The notes under the pieces are model-generated. The model was not told where the DNA came from. It made no database searches and worked only from the letters and a program-made list of their open reading frames with translations. The position numbers and the translations under genes were made by a program. A stretch of 64,000 nucleotides of DNA, taken from contig JAPKCI010000006.1 in assembly GCA_028823035.1 (NCBI GenBank), positions 2,038-66,037 on the forward strand, written 5' to 3'. Shown here piece by piece: positions 18,486 through 28,352 of the stretch. Within the stretch, counting starts at the first letter, position 1. Every line of letters starts with the position of its first letter. Origin of the DNA: Rubripirellula sp. (GTDB taxonomy: Bacteria > Planctomycetota > Planctomycetia > Pirellulales > Pirellulaceae).

Positions 18486-21416
18486 GTGTGTTGCTGCGGA
18501 ACCGTTTTTCTGCCAGTCGCCCACCGGAATCGATGGAAACCCGTTGTGTTGAATCAGGTATCTCGAATTGTCTTGTTGCTTGGGTCGTTCGCGATGATAG
18601 GCACTTTCGGCCAGATCCAGGCCGAGGATGTTGGGAACCCAGGGGATGTTGGGAACCCAAGGGATGATATGCAGTACAACCGCGATGTCCGTCCGATTTT
18701 GGCAGATCGTTGCTTTGCCTGTCACGGACCGGATAACGAACATCGCGAAGCTGAACTGCGTTTGGATCGCCGCGAAGACGCCATCGAGATGGGAGCGATC
18801 AAGGCCGGAGATGTCGCGGGTTCGAAATTGATCCAACGCATTGGTTCATTGGATCCAGATGTTGTGATGCCACCTCCCCAAAGTGGTACGCTCAGTCCAG
18901 CTGAAAAGGCTGTCCTTGAAACGTGGATTGATGGTGGAGCTGTTTATCAGAAGCATTGGGCTTTTGAGCCAGTTGTCAATTTGTCGCCACCGACTTTGTC
19001 AGACGTTACGTGGTGCCAGAATCCCATCGATCACTTTATTTTGAAGCGTCTGCAGGACGAGGGATTGAAGCCTTCGGAAAAAGCTGACCGTGCTGTACTG
19101 ATAAAACGTCTCTATGTTGATCTGATTGGCTTACTGCCAACAACACAGCAAGTGGCTGCTTTCCTTGGCGATCAATCATCGAATGCCTACGAATCCGTGG
19201 TCGACGAACTTTTGCGTTCGAAGCACTACGGTGAACGATGGGCGCGGCACTGGCTCGACCAGGCGAGATACGCTGATTCCAACGGGTACACATTTGATAA
19301 CGCCCGTGTCATGTGGCCGTATCGCGATTGGGTGATTGACGCCATCAATGAAGATATGCCGTTTGATGAATTCACTATCCAGCAGTTGGCCGGTGACTTG
19401 CTGACAGAGCCTACGATTGAGCAATTGACTGCGACTGGTTTTCATCGAAACACATTGATTAATGAAGAAGGCGGCACCGATGCCGAACAATTCAGGGTTG
19501 AGGCAGTCATCGACCGAACCAACACAACCGGGATCGTCTGGCTCGCCTTGACTGTCGGATGTGCTCAATGCCACAACCACAAGTTCGATCCGGTCAGCCA
19601 GCACGACTATTACAGCCTGTATGCTTTTTTTAACAACACCGCCGACAAGAACAATCGTGGACCTGAGGTCACTGTCAGGAATCCCAACGAACAGAAAATT
19701 GCTGAACTCGAGCAGCAACTGGCCGCGCTACGCATCGAAGAAAAGAACAAGTCGGCTGAAGAATTGCCTGATCCCGAGCAGTGGACCCTGCTCACGCCGA
19801 TAGAATCCAGTGCAGCGTCTATGGCCAGCTTTGAAACGCTTGAGGATCAGTCGTTGCTGGTTAGCGGTTCGAATACGATTGAAGACACCTACGACATTGA
19901 GTATCGGATTGAGCAAGGAACAGTGTCGGCGATTCAGTTGAAAGTACTGCCGCACAAGTCGTTGCCCAAGGGCGGGCCTGGACGTGCCGGCAATGGCAAC
20001 TTTGTGATGGTCGATGTTCAGTTGGCTGACTCGGAGGGAAATGAAATCGCTTTGGATGAACTTGCGATTGCGGATTACTCGCAGGACAGTCACGACATAT
20101 CCTTGGCCGTTGATGCTGATCCAAACAGTGGATGGGCTATCAATACCAATCAGAAAGGGAATGTTGCACATTGGGCCAAGTTCGTGCTGGTCAATCCCGT
20201 TGTGTTTAATAAGCCGACGCAGTTGCGTTTGAAGCTGCGGTTCAATCAGGGGTCGCATCCTTACAACCTCGGACGATTTCAGCTCCTGAGTTCACCGAAG
20301 CGTCCCACCATGGCAGATCAGATTTCGGTACGTCGAAAGGCGTTGGAGGCCAAAAAGAGAAGTTTTGAGGCCGGTCGCGTGAAATCAATGGTGATGCGAG
20401 AACTTGAGAAACCGCGGCCAACACACGTGCTTACACGTGGAGATTTTTTGCGTCCGGGAGATCCTGTTTCCGCTGCGTTTCTCAATGATCTGCATTCGCT
20501 ACCCATGGCCGACCGCCCGTTGAATCGACTCGATTTGGCTCGTTGGCTTGTCGATGCCGGTAACCCTTTGACACCGCGGGTGGTGGTGAATCGCATGTGG
20601 CAAAAGTTCTTTGGGGTAGGTCTGGTGGAAACCGTAGAGGATTTTGGGACTCAGGGTTCTGTTCCTTCACATCCGGCATTGCTTGATTGGATGGCAACGC
20701 AATTTATGGGCCGGGGATGGTCGCGAAAAGAAATTCATCGGCTGATTGTGACATCGGCTACATATCGTCAGGCTTCAGATGTCAGGCAGGAATTGCAGGG
20801 CAAGGATCCACTGAATCGTTTGTTGGGACGGCAGAGTCGTTTGCGAGTTGATGCTGAAATCGTTCGCGATCTTGCTTTGGCTGCGTCGGGGAAATTGACA
20901 CCTACTGTTGGTGGCCCATCGGTCTATCCGCCTCAGCCAGCTGGCGTTTACGCCTTCACGCAGAAAAAGAAGAGCTGGCCGACCAGCCAAGGTGCCGATC
21001 GCTTTCGGAGGACGATGTACACGTTCTTTTATCGAAGCTCTCCACATCCGATGCTGACGGCGTTTGACACCCCACGCTTCAACGTGACCTGCACGCGGCG
21101 GGGGCGTTCCAATACACCACTGCAATCATTGATGGTGGCCAACGATCCAGGTTTTTTTGAGTTGGCCGAAGCATTGGCTGATCGCGTCCTCGCAGAAAAA
21201 ATGACTACCGAAGATAGGATGCAGCACATGTTCCGAATCGCCCTCTGTCGCTCGCCAGTGCAGAATGAAACAGCCTTTCTGGAGAGATTTCTGCAGAACC
21301 AGAAGAACAAGTTCATGGAGAAAGAGAAAGAATCAAAATCAGATTCGTTGCGGCATGCATGGGTTGCCGTCGCACGCGTACTGATGAACCTGGATGAGTT
21401 TATAACGAGAGAATAA
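18486..21416 (+). CDS. Planctomycete cytochrome c + DUF1549/DUF1553 (PSCyt1/PSD1) protein
   Basis: YNRDVRPILADRCFACHGPD, HWAF, NPIDHFI, YGERWARHWLD, GCAQCHNHKFDP, TPRVVVNRMW and SNTPLQSL motifs. True start may be slightly downstream. Confidence 0.95.
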   Translation: MCCCGTVFLPVAHRNRWKPVVLNQVSRIVLLLGSFAMIGTFGQIQAEDVGNPGDVGNPRDDMQYNRDVRPILADRCFACHGPDNEHREAELRLDRREDAIEMGAIKAGDVAGSKLIQRIGSLDPDVVMPPPQSGTLSPAEKAVLETWIDGGAVYQKHWAFEPVVNLSPPTLSDVTWCQNPIDHFILKRLQDEGLKPSEKADRAVLIKRLYVDLIGLLPTTQQVAAFLGDQSSNAYESVVDELLRSKHYGERWARHWLDQARYADSNGYTFDNARVMWPYRDWVIDAINEDMPFDEFTIQQLAGDLLTEPTIEQLTATGFHRNTLINEEGGTDAEQFRVEAVIDRTNTTGIVWLALTVGCAQCHNHKFDPVSQHDYYSLYAFFNNTADKNNRGPEVTVRNPNEQKIAELEQQLAALRIEEKNKSAEELPDPEQWTLLTPIESSAASMASFETLEDQSLLVSGSNTIEDTYDIEYRIEQGTVSAIQLKVLPHKSLPKGGPGRAGNGNFVMVDVQLADSEGNEIALDELAIADYSQDSHDISLAVDADPNSGWAINTNQKGNVAHWAKFVLVNPVVFNKPTQLRLKLRFNQGSHPYNLGRFQLLSSPKRPTMADQISVRRKALEAKKRSFEAGRVKSMVMRELEKPRPTHVLTRGDFLRPGDPVSAAFLNDLHSLPMADRPLNRLDLARWLVDAGNPLTPRVVVNRMWQKFFGVGLVETVEDFGTQGSVPSHPALLDWMATQFMGRGWSRKEIHRLIVTSATYRQASDVRQELQGKDPLNRLLGRQSRLRVDAEIVRDLALAASGKLTPTVGGPSVYPPQPAGVYAFTQKKKSWPTSQGADRFRRTMYTFFYRSSPHPMLTAFDTPRFNVTCTRRGRSNTPLQSLMVANDPGFFELAEALADRVLAEKMTTEDRMQHMFRIALCRSPVQNETAFLERFLQNQKNKFMEKEKESKSDSLRHAWVAVARVLMNLDEFITRE
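18626..18666 (+). repeat. 18-bp in-frame tandem duplication (GGATGTTGGGAACCCA(G/A)G x2.3)
   Basis: Read directly from the sequence. Encodes DVGNPG-DVGNPR just after the signal peptide of the PSD1 protein. Confidence 0.9.
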
Positions 21417-22853
21417 ATGAATCTTGAACACCACTTTTCTCGCTTTGCTACACGCCGTCAATTGTTCCGGGATTGCGGAATTGGCCTTGGAAGTATCTCG
21501 CTGACACATCTAATCGAACGTGATAGCTGTTCAGCAGCTGAGACAAATGGTGCCATGCGCGTGTTGCATCATCCAGCAAAAGCTAAAAATGTCATTTTTC
21601 TGTTCATGGCAGGTGGTCCCAGCCAGTTGGATTTGTTTTCCCATAAGCCGAAACTCAGCGAGCTGCATGGCAAGGAAACTCCCAAGGAGTTCATCGAAGG
21701 AAAGCGATTTTCATTCCTGGGCAAGGATGCGAAGTTGCTTGGTAGCAGCAGAAAGTTCAAGCCCTGTGGTGATTCAGGAGTTGAAATTAGCGAGTTGCTG
21801 CCGTTTCATCAGAAGATTGCTGACAAGCTTTGTTTTGTGCATAGCATGAACACAGATGTATTCAATCACGGACCCGCCAAGATCTTCATGAATTCGGGTA
21901 ATCCGCAGCCTGGCCGACCAAGCATGGGGTCCTGGGTGAACTATGGCATCGGAAGTGAGTCCGACAATCTGCCAGGGTTTGTTGTTTTGCAATCCGGACC
22001 ACGGGGGCCGCGCGCAGGAGCTGCGTTATGGGCAAGTGGATTCCTGCCGTCCCAGCATCAGGGAGTCCCCTTTCGCAGCACAGGTGATCCGATTGTCAAC
22101 CTGACAAGCCCGGCGAGTTTCAGTGGGGAAAGGGGACGTGACTTCAACGACGCTGTCGCAGAGTTGAATCGCCAGCGTTTAGCAGCAACGGGTGACAGTG
22201 AAATCGAAACGCGGATTGCCGCCTATGAGATGGCATACCGGATGCAGTCAAGTGCACCCGAACTGATGGATTTGGCAAGCGAAACACAGCAGACTCTCGA
22301 CCTTTATGGTGCGAAAGTCGACGCCGCGTCCTACGCGAACAATTGTCTGCTGGCGCGGCGACTTGTGGAACGCGGCGTGCGTTTTGTTCAGCTATACCAC
22401 ACCGATTGGGACCATCATGGCGGTCCAGGCCAGACGTTGGGCAAGGATTTGGAAAAGTGCTGCTCTCAGGTTGATCAGGCTTCCGCTGCTTTGATTCAGG
22501 ATCTCGAAGAGCGGGGACTTCTTGATGAAACCTTGGTGATCTGGAGTGGAGAGTTTGGGCGTACTCCGATGGGTGAGACCCGCAACCAGAAGATTGGTGG
22601 ACGCGATCATTTCATTGATGCGTACACACTTTGGATGGCTGGCGGCGGTGTGAAGCCCGGTGTCAGTTATGGAATGACGGATGACTTGGGGCTTTCGGTT
22701 GCCGAGAATCCGGTCCACGTTCGAGACTTGCATGCCACGATTCTACATTCCCTCGGCATCGATCACCAGAAATTCAGCGTCAAGTTTCAGGGATTGAATA
22801 TGCGACTGACTGGTGTCGAAGAAGCCCACGTGATCCGCGATATTCTGAGTTGA
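21417..22853 (+). CDS. DUF1501 domain protein
   Basis: TRRQLFR Tat-like N-terminus, AKNVIFLFMAGGPSQLD, LLARRLVERGVRFVQL, WDHHG, GEFGRTP and HVRDLHATIL. Abuts the PSD1 gene. Confidence 0.95.
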   Translation: MNLEHHFSRFATRRQLFRDCGIGLGSISLTHLIERDSCSAAETNGAMRVLHHPAKAKNVIFLFMAGGPSQLDLFSHKPKLSELHGKETPKEFIEGKRFSFLGKDAKLLGSSRKFKPCGDSGVEISELLPFHQKIADKLCFVHSMNTDVFNHGPAKIFMNSGNPQPGRPSMGSWVNYGIGSESDNLPGFVVLQSGPRGPRAGAALWASGFLPSQHQGVPFRSTGDPIVNLTSPASFSGERGRDFNDAVAELNRQRLAATGDSEIETRIAAYEMAYRMQSSAPELMDLASETQQTLDLYGAKVDAASYANNCLLARRLVERGVRFVQLYHTDWDHHGGPGQTLGKDLEKCCSQVDQASAALIQDLEERGLLDETLVIWSGEFGRTPMGETRNQKIGGRDHFIDAYTLWMAGGGVKPGVSYGMTDDLGLSVAENPVHVRDLHATILHSLGIDHQKFSVKFQGLNMRLTGVEEAHVIRDILS

Positions 22854-22992
22854 GTCAAGTTCTAGCTGCACTTGTGGATTTTTGGAACGCAGCGATGTTG
22901 GGCTTCTCACGTAATCGCGACAAACCTGTAGTACGGACGTCGTCGACAGAAATCAGTGGTTGCTTCCCAAGCCCGGGACAGCAGGCCGATTC

Positions 22993-23676
22993 TCAAATCT
23001 CCAGTGATTCACCAACTTTCAGAACCACCGGTTCAGCTGTTGTTTCGCTACGAATCCGATCAGCCCAATGATTCGCATCCTGAGCGATCGGTGGCCATGT
23101 TCCGTAATGTGCTGGTAAGACTTTACTGGCACCTATTAACTTGGCTGCCACAACGCTGTCTTCGATTCCCATCGTAAACAGGTCACCAATTGGCAACACT
23201 GCAACATCAACATTTGCGGCGTAGAGTTTCATGTCGCTGAACAGCGCGGTGTCGCACGCGAAATAGATTCGTTTCTGATCAATCGTCAACAGGAATCCAG
23301 CGGGTTCACCGCCGTAGGAACCGTCAGGAAGTTGACTGCTATGCAAGGCGGGCGTCATCTTTACAGAGCCAAACGGCAATTCGAATTGTCCACCGATGTT
23401 CATGCCCACGGTTGATTGGACATCGTGCGTCTTCGCAAACCACTCGGCAATTTCGTAGATCGCGACAATGGTGGCATTTTGACTATTGGCAATCGCCGCC
23501 GCATCTGCGACATGATCGAAGTGGCCATGCGAGATCAGGATGTGCCCGATGCCATGTAATTCGTCTGCCGACGTTTTAGCTGCCGGATTGTCGGTCAGAA
23601 AAGGGTCGATCAACAGACGGTGGTCATCTTTTTCAACCATCCAACTGCCATGGCTAAGCCAAGTAATTTTGGTCAT
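22993..23676 (-). CDS. Metallo-beta-lactamase-fold metal-dependent hydrolase (UPF0173)
   Basis: IDPFLTDNP, SHGHFDH, ALHSS, CDTALFSDM, LPIGDLFTMG and PAHY motifs. Confidence 0.92.
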   Translation of the reverse strand: MTKITWLSHGSWMVEKDDHRLLIDPFLTDNPAAKTSADELHGIGHILISHGHFDHVADAAAIANSQNATIVAIYEIAEWFAKTHDVQSTVGMNIGGQFELPFGSVKMTPALHSSQLPDGSYGGEPAGFLLTIDQKRIYFACDTALFSDMKLYAANVDVAVLPIGDLFTMGIEDSVVAAKLIGASKVLPAHYGTWPPIAQDANHWADRIRSETTAEPVVLKVGESLEI

Positions 23677-23787
23677 TGCGGCGCTTTAATCTGTAAGTGG
23701 AACAGCCGTTGTATTTTAATTTGAGACCAGAGGATGGTCGTTACCAGGTCGTCAGTGGCTTGCACTTTGGTGATCCATGCGGTCAGG

Positions 23788-25011
23788 CTACCAGTTGTCG
23801 CCGCGAAGCCTCGCGATTTCCATGGCGTCTTTGTCACCACGGCCAGAGAGGCAAACCACCAGATGCGATTCTGGTGACATGTCTTTGGCGATGTCCATCG
23901 CTTTGGCAATGGCATGGCTTGACTCCAATGCGGCGATGATGCCTTCGGTGCGAGCGAGCTTATCGAAGGCGTCCATCGCTGCTGTGTCACCGCAATCCGA
24001 ATAGACGACACGTCCGGTATCTTTCCAGTAGCTGTGCTCAGGGCCAACTCCCGGATAGTCCAAGCCGGCGCTCATCGAGTGGACATCGCAGGTTTGTCCA
24101 TCGTCGTCTTGCATGACGTAGCTGTAACTGCCATGGAGAATCCCCGGCTGCCCGAAAGTCAGCGGTGACGCATGGTCACCCGGAGCATTGCCACGGCCTC
24201 CCGCTTCGACCCCGACCAGTTTCACTTCATCGTCTTCAATGAAGGGGTAAAACATTCCTGCAGCATTGCTGCCACCGCCGACGCAGGCGACCACGCAGTC
24301 CGGTAATCGGCCGAATGTGTCACGGCACTGTTCGCGGGTTTCGCGGCCGATGACCGATTGGAAATCACGCACCATCATCGGGAATGGATGGGGCCCGATT
24401 GCGCTGCCGATGATGTAGTGAGTTTGTTCGACCGAAGACATCCAGTCACGCATCGCTTCATTCACAGCATCACGAAGCGTCTTGGAACCACTTTCGACGG
24501 GGCATATTTCAGCACCCAGCAACTTCATGCTGAATACATTTGGCTTTTGTCGTCGGATATCCTCGCTACCCATATAGACCGTGCAGGGAAGACCAAAATG
24601 GGCACAAGCGGTGGCACTGGCAACGCCGTGTTGTCCTGCACCGGTTTCGGCAATCACTCGGGTCTTCCCCATCCGGAGTGTTAGCAGTGCTTGGCCGACG
24701 GTATTATTGATTTTGTGGGCGCCGGTGTGGTTGACGTCCTCGCGTTTGAGCCAGATTTTGGCACCACCCACTGCCTCGGTCAGGCGACGTGCAAAGTAAA
24801 GCGGACTCGGGCGGCCCACGAAAGTTTTCAATAGACCCGTCAATTCCCGCTGAAATTCCGGATCTTGTCGCGATCGATCATATTCTTCGGAAAGTTGATC
24901 TAACGCCCGGGTGAGCGTTTCGGGCACGAACCGGCCTCCGAAGTCACCAAATCGACCGCGTGAATCGGGGACGGAAGCGGAGGCAGTCGACGCGCTGGGT
25001 ACGGTACTCAT
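23788..25011 (-). CDS. trpB: Tryptophan synthase beta chain (TrpB1 type)
   Basis: [24 protein letters not shown] (PLP lysine), [22 protein letters not shown] and SGRGDKD. Start placed at ATG 25011. Confidence 0.97.
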   Translation of the reverse strand: MSTVPSASTASASVPDSRGRFGDFGGRFVPETLTRALDQLSEEYDRSRQDPEFQRELTGLLKTFVGRPSPLYFARRLTEAVGGAKIWLKREDVNHTGAHKINNTVGQALLTLRMGKTRVIAETGAGQHGVASATACAHFGLPCTVYMGSEDIRRQKPNVFSMKLLGAEICPVESGSKTLRDAVNEAMRDWMSSVEQTHYIIGSAIGPHPFPMMVRDFQSVIGRETREQCRDTFGRLPDCVVACVGGGSNAAGMFYPFIEDDEVKLVGVEAGGRGNAPGDHASPLTFGQPGILHGSYSYVMQDDDGQTCDVHSMSAGLDYPGVGPEHSYWKDTGRVVYSDCGDTAAMDAFDKLARTEGIIAALESSHAIAKAMDIAKDMSPESHLVVCLSGRGDKDAMEIARLRGDNW

Positions 25012-25032
25012 GAAAGCGATTCTCTGGCAGGA

Positions 25033-25125
25033 TAACTCTAGGGGCAACTCTAGGGACAACTCTAGGGACAGCGTCTAGGGGCAGCGTCTAGGGACAGCGT
25101 CTAGGGGCAGCGTCTAGGGGCAGCG
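25033..25125. repeat. Compound minisatellite: three 12-bp (C/T)AACTCTAGGG(G/A) units then four 13-bp CAGCGTCTAGGG(G/A) units
   Basis: Seven CTAG cores at 25038, 25050, 25062, 25075, 25088, 25101 and 25114 (spacings 12,12,13,13,13,13). No spacers. Confidence 0.97.
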
Positions 25126-25162
25126 GCTGCCCTCTCTCTCAAGTAAAAGGACCGCAAGGCAT

Positions 25163-26146
25163 ATGCCGACTTCTCCAACCCCGATTCTCACTGGCGTGAC
25201 GGATGACGTCAACGCGACAGGCGTCGACATACTCAAGGTCCCCGAGTTGGACCGTGTGTGTGGCGTTGACTTCAGTGGCGCTTCCAAATCTGGAAAAACA
25301 GCATGGTTGGCAGAATTTGAGGCGGTTTGGTCGGGGGGACCACTCCGCCTTGTCTCGCTGGCGGCGCTGGGGAAACTGGCTGGGTCGGACCAGCGGGACG
25401 ATGTTTGCGAATATCTCGTCGCCCGAATTCTGGGGAGCCAGAAGACCCTGTGGGCCATGGATTTTCCGTTTAGCCTGCCGATTGAACTCGGAGGCGAGGA
25501 TTGGCTCGCGCAGCTGAACAGGATCGCACAATTTCGGTCTACAGTAGCGGCCCACAATCCGGCTGCCGAATTTGGCCGACAACTGGCTGTGACGGCTCGC
25601 AGTCTTGTGTCCAGCGGCAGAATCCGTCGCAAGACTGACATGGAGACGGCCACACCCTTTGATAGTTACCATTACCGCATCATCTACCAAACTTTCCACG
25701 GGATGAGAGATGTGCTGTTGCCGATTGCGAAAGAGCCGGGAACAGCCGTGATTCCCTTTCAGTATTCCCGATTGGCCTCGGCAAACCGGATCGTTGTGGA
25801 ATCCTGTCCCGCTAGTTCGCTGAAGCGGTGGGCGTTGCCGCGAGCACTCTATAAACAAACTGGCGGACGTCCGCCTGCACAGGTACACCGTTTGAATCGC
25901 TTGAAAATATTGCGAGGTATCAAAGCTTTACCTGAGATCGCGTTGTCCCCAACGAGGGCGAAAAAAACGGCATCGTCAGTCGAAATCTCTCAGCATCGAC
26001 AACGCGTGATCATGCAGGATTCAGGGGGAGACGCTCTTGATGCGGTGCTGGCAGGATTGGGGGGCTGGAGAGCGATTCACAGCGTTGATCATGCTGATTC
26101 GGCAGAAGATGCTCGCTATCGTTTTGAGGGTCGAGTCTATTCTTGA
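25163..26146 (+). CDS. DUF429-like predicted nuclease (RNase H-like fold)
   Basis: VCGVDFSG beta-strand with Asp, AMDFPFSLP, RKTD, VVESCPAS and DALDAV motifs. Confidence 0.75.
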   Translation: MPTSPTPILTGVTDDVNATGVDILKVPELDRVCGVDFSGASKSGKTAWLAEFEAVWSGGPLRLVSLAALGKLAGSDQRDDVCEYLVARILGSQKTLWAMDFPFSLPIELGGEDWLAQLNRIAQFRSTVAAHNPAAEFGRQLAVTARSLVSSGRIRRKTDMETATPFDSYHYRIIYQTFHGMRDVLLPIAKEPGTAVIPFQYSRLASANRIVVESCPASSLKRWALPRALYKQTGGRPPAQVHRLNRLKILRGIKALPEIALSPTRAKKTASSVEISQHRQRVIMQDSGGDALDAVLAGLGGWRAIHSVDHADSAEDARYRFEGRVYS

Positions 26147-26201
26147 CCGGAGATCGTCTGATTTGTCACCCGCTTATACCTACTTTACTTGGATCGGTTC
26201 G

Positions 26202-27065
26202 TTGCCAGAATTGCCAGAAGTCGAAACTATGCGTCGAGGTGTGCTGCCAGTTGTGGGCAGCCGGATTGTGAAGGCAGAGCGACCACCCTGCCGCTTGCGA
26301 CCGATTCTTTTCGAACCGGCAATCCGAACTTTTGATCGTCGCGTCAGGGACCAGCAAATTGTGAACATCGGACGGCGCGGGAAACGCGTGATGATTCATC
26401 TGAAGAATATGGATGTCATAGTCATTGAGCCTCGCATGACTGGTTTGGTGCTGCTGGCTGATCCACCCGGTCCGGAGCATTTGCGGTTGCGTCTGGCTCT
26501 GCGTGGCGGGCCGAGTGACCAATTGCTGTTTTGGGATCGCCGCGGCCTCGGTACTGTTCGCCTGCTCTCGGCAGAAGAATTGCAAACCAAAGTTGATGCA
26601 AAGTTGGGTCCGGATGCTTTAGAGATAAGCCACCAAGAACTCCGGCAGAAACTGTGTCAGAGTCGACGGGAAATCAAGGTGGCATTGCTTGATCAAGCGG
26701 CTGTGGCAGGCATCGGAAATCTTTACGCAGCGGAGATCCTGTTTTTGGCGGGAATCGACCCGAGGACCCGTTGCGATGGGCTGACTGGGCCTCAATGGCA
26801 GCGAATTCAGAGGGCGATCCAAGCAGTGTTGCTCGAAGCGATCGAACACGAGGGAAGCACTCTGAGTGATGGGACTTATCGAAATGCCCTTAATGATGAG
26901 GGAGGCTATCAGAACTACCATCGGGTCTACGATCGGGCCGAACAGTCATGTTTTCGCTGCAAGAAGGGCCGGATTCGTAGAATCGTTCAGGCACAGCGGA
27001 GCACGTTTTTTTGCCCGAAATGTCAACAGCGGAGCGGTCTGCATCACTTGGTGCAATCGGTTTGA
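26202..27065 (+). CDS. mutM: Formamidopyrimidine-DNA glycosylase
   Basis: TTG start gives (M)PELPEVET; RRGK; LLDQAAVAGIGNLYAAE; C-terminal zinc finger CFRC...FFCPKCQ. Confidence 0.96.
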   Translation: MPELPEVETMRRGVLPVVGSRIVKAERPPCRLRPILFEPAIRTFDRRVRDQQIVNIGRRGKRVMIHLKNMDVIVIEPRMTGLVLLADPPGPEHLRLRLALRGGPSDQLLFWDRRGLGTVRLLSAEELQTKVDAKLGPDALEISHQELRQKLCQSRREIKVALLDQAAVAGIGNLYAAEILFLAGIDPRTRCDGLTGPQWQRIQRAIQAVLLEAIEHEGSTLSDGTYRNALNDEGGYQNYHRVYDRAEQSCFRCKKGRIRRIVQAQRSTFFCPKCQQRSGLHHLVQSV

Positions 27066-27202
27066 AGTTCCATTTCTATGACACAGGACACTGACACAGG
27101 ACACTACAATAGGAAATTGGGATCAGCTTTCGCCAGCGGCAAGGTAGCGATCCGAACGTGAAGTTGCCCCGTATTGAAGCCAGTGAAAAGCGCAAAGTGG
27201 TG

Positions 27203-28243
27203 ATGAAAAACAGACAAACACGCCGAGATTGGCTGCGAAATGCCGCTGTTCTGACCGCAACAGGTACCTTCGCAGGTTCCGCCGGGGCTGCAGATAACAA
27301 GGGCAATTGGGATGATTCAATCGACAAAGGCTTGAAGTGGCTCAGTCGGATGCAGTCCTCACGCGGGAAATGGAACACTGATAACTATCCGACAGCCATG
27401 GCCGCACTTGCCGCGACAGCCCTGGTGGCCAGCGGCAGCACGACGACTCAAGGGCCCTATGCAAAGCAAATCGCTCGGGCAACCGACTACCTGATCAGCA
27501 AGAGTCGTGACAATGGCTTGCTCGGCGATCCGCAGACTGATTCACGTTACACCTATGGTCACGGGTTCGCCATGCTTCTGCTATCGCAGGTGCTGGGTGA
27601 AGAGGGTTTGATTGATCGCCGAGAGGAATTGGTTGACGTCTTGACCCGGGCAGTCAACTTCAGTGGTAACGCACAAACCGCAGCCGGTGGCTGGGGCTAC
27701 GTTTCGGCTGCCGAAGGAAATAATTTTGATGAGGGATCGACGACAATTACTCAGGTTCAGGGACTGCGGGGTTGTCGCAATGCAGGAATTCCTGTCAGCG
27801 GGAAGGTAATCGAAAACGCCAAGCAGTATATCTATGGCTGCAAGAACCCCGACGGTGGCATCAGCTACAGCAGCAAACAAAAAGGCAGCAGCCGACCCGC
27901 CATTACTGCCGCGGCCTTAGCTGCTCTTTACAACGCTGGTGACTACGATGGAGAGCATGTTCCCGAAATGTTGAAGTACGCCAAAGATAATCTTCACGAT
28001 ATTAGTGACGGCGGGCGGTCTTTTGGGCATTGGCACTACACGTACCTCTACTACAGCCAAGTGGTTTACCGTCAAGGCGATGAGTTATGGAAGCCGTTCA
28101 GGGATCGGCTTTACGATAGAATTGTTGGTCAACAGCGTCCGGATGGCTATTGGGAAGGGCAGATTCATCCAGTGTATGTGACAGCTTGCAACTTGATTAT
28201 GTTGCAGTTGGACAAGAGTTATTTGCCAATTTACCAACGTTGA
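27203..28243 (+). CDS. Tat-exported prenyltransferase/squalene-oxidase-repeat protein
   Basis: TRRDWLR twin-Arg signal; YTYGHGFA; QTAAGGWGY; KNPDGGISY; QQRPDGYW repeats. Start placed at ATG 27203. Confidence 0.85.
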   Translation: MKNRQTRRDWLRNAAVLTATGTFAGSAGAADNKGNWDDSIDKGLKWLSRMQSSRGKWNTDNYPTAMAALAATALVASGSTTTQGPYAKQIARATDYLISKSRDNGLLGDPQTDSRYTYGHGFAMLLLSQVLGEEGLIDRREELVDVLTRAVNFSGNAQTAAGGWGYVSAAEGNNFDEGSTTITQVQGLRGCRNAGIPVSGKVIENAKQYIYGCKNPDGGISYSSKQKGSSRPAITAAALAALYNAGDYDGEHVPEMLKYAKDNLHDISDGGRSFGHWHYTYLYYSQVVYRQGDELWKPFRDRLYDRIVGQQRPDGYWEGQIHPVYVTACNLIMLQLDKSYLPIYQR

Positions 28244-28295
28244 GGCAACTTGGTTCATTGCTTCGGCGGTCCTGAGCTACTACCGCTGTCGATGC

Positions 28296-28352
28296 TGCAG
28301 TCCTGTGCAGTCCTGTGCAGTCCTGTGCAGTCCTGTGCAGTCCTGTGCAGTC
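28296..28352. repeat. 10-bp tandem repeat TGCAGTCCTG x~5.7 inside an inverted repeat
   Basis: Perfect array between convergent genes, flanked by GTCGATG (28288-28294) and CATCGAC (28352-28358). Confidence 0.97.

Noticed and set aside
25033-25125. CRISPR array interpretation of the minisatellite
   Set aside because: Units are 12-13 bp, abut directly with no unique spacers, and there are no cas genes.
26037-26201. N-terminal extension of mutM
   Set aside because: Fpg requires an N-terminal Pro after Met removal, so TTG 26202 (PELPEV) is the start.
28296-28352. CRISPR or coding repeat (ORFs 28250..28453, 28315..28560, 28197..28427)
   Set aside because: Pure 10-bp tandem array; the ORFs crossing it are low-complexity shadows overlapping real genes.
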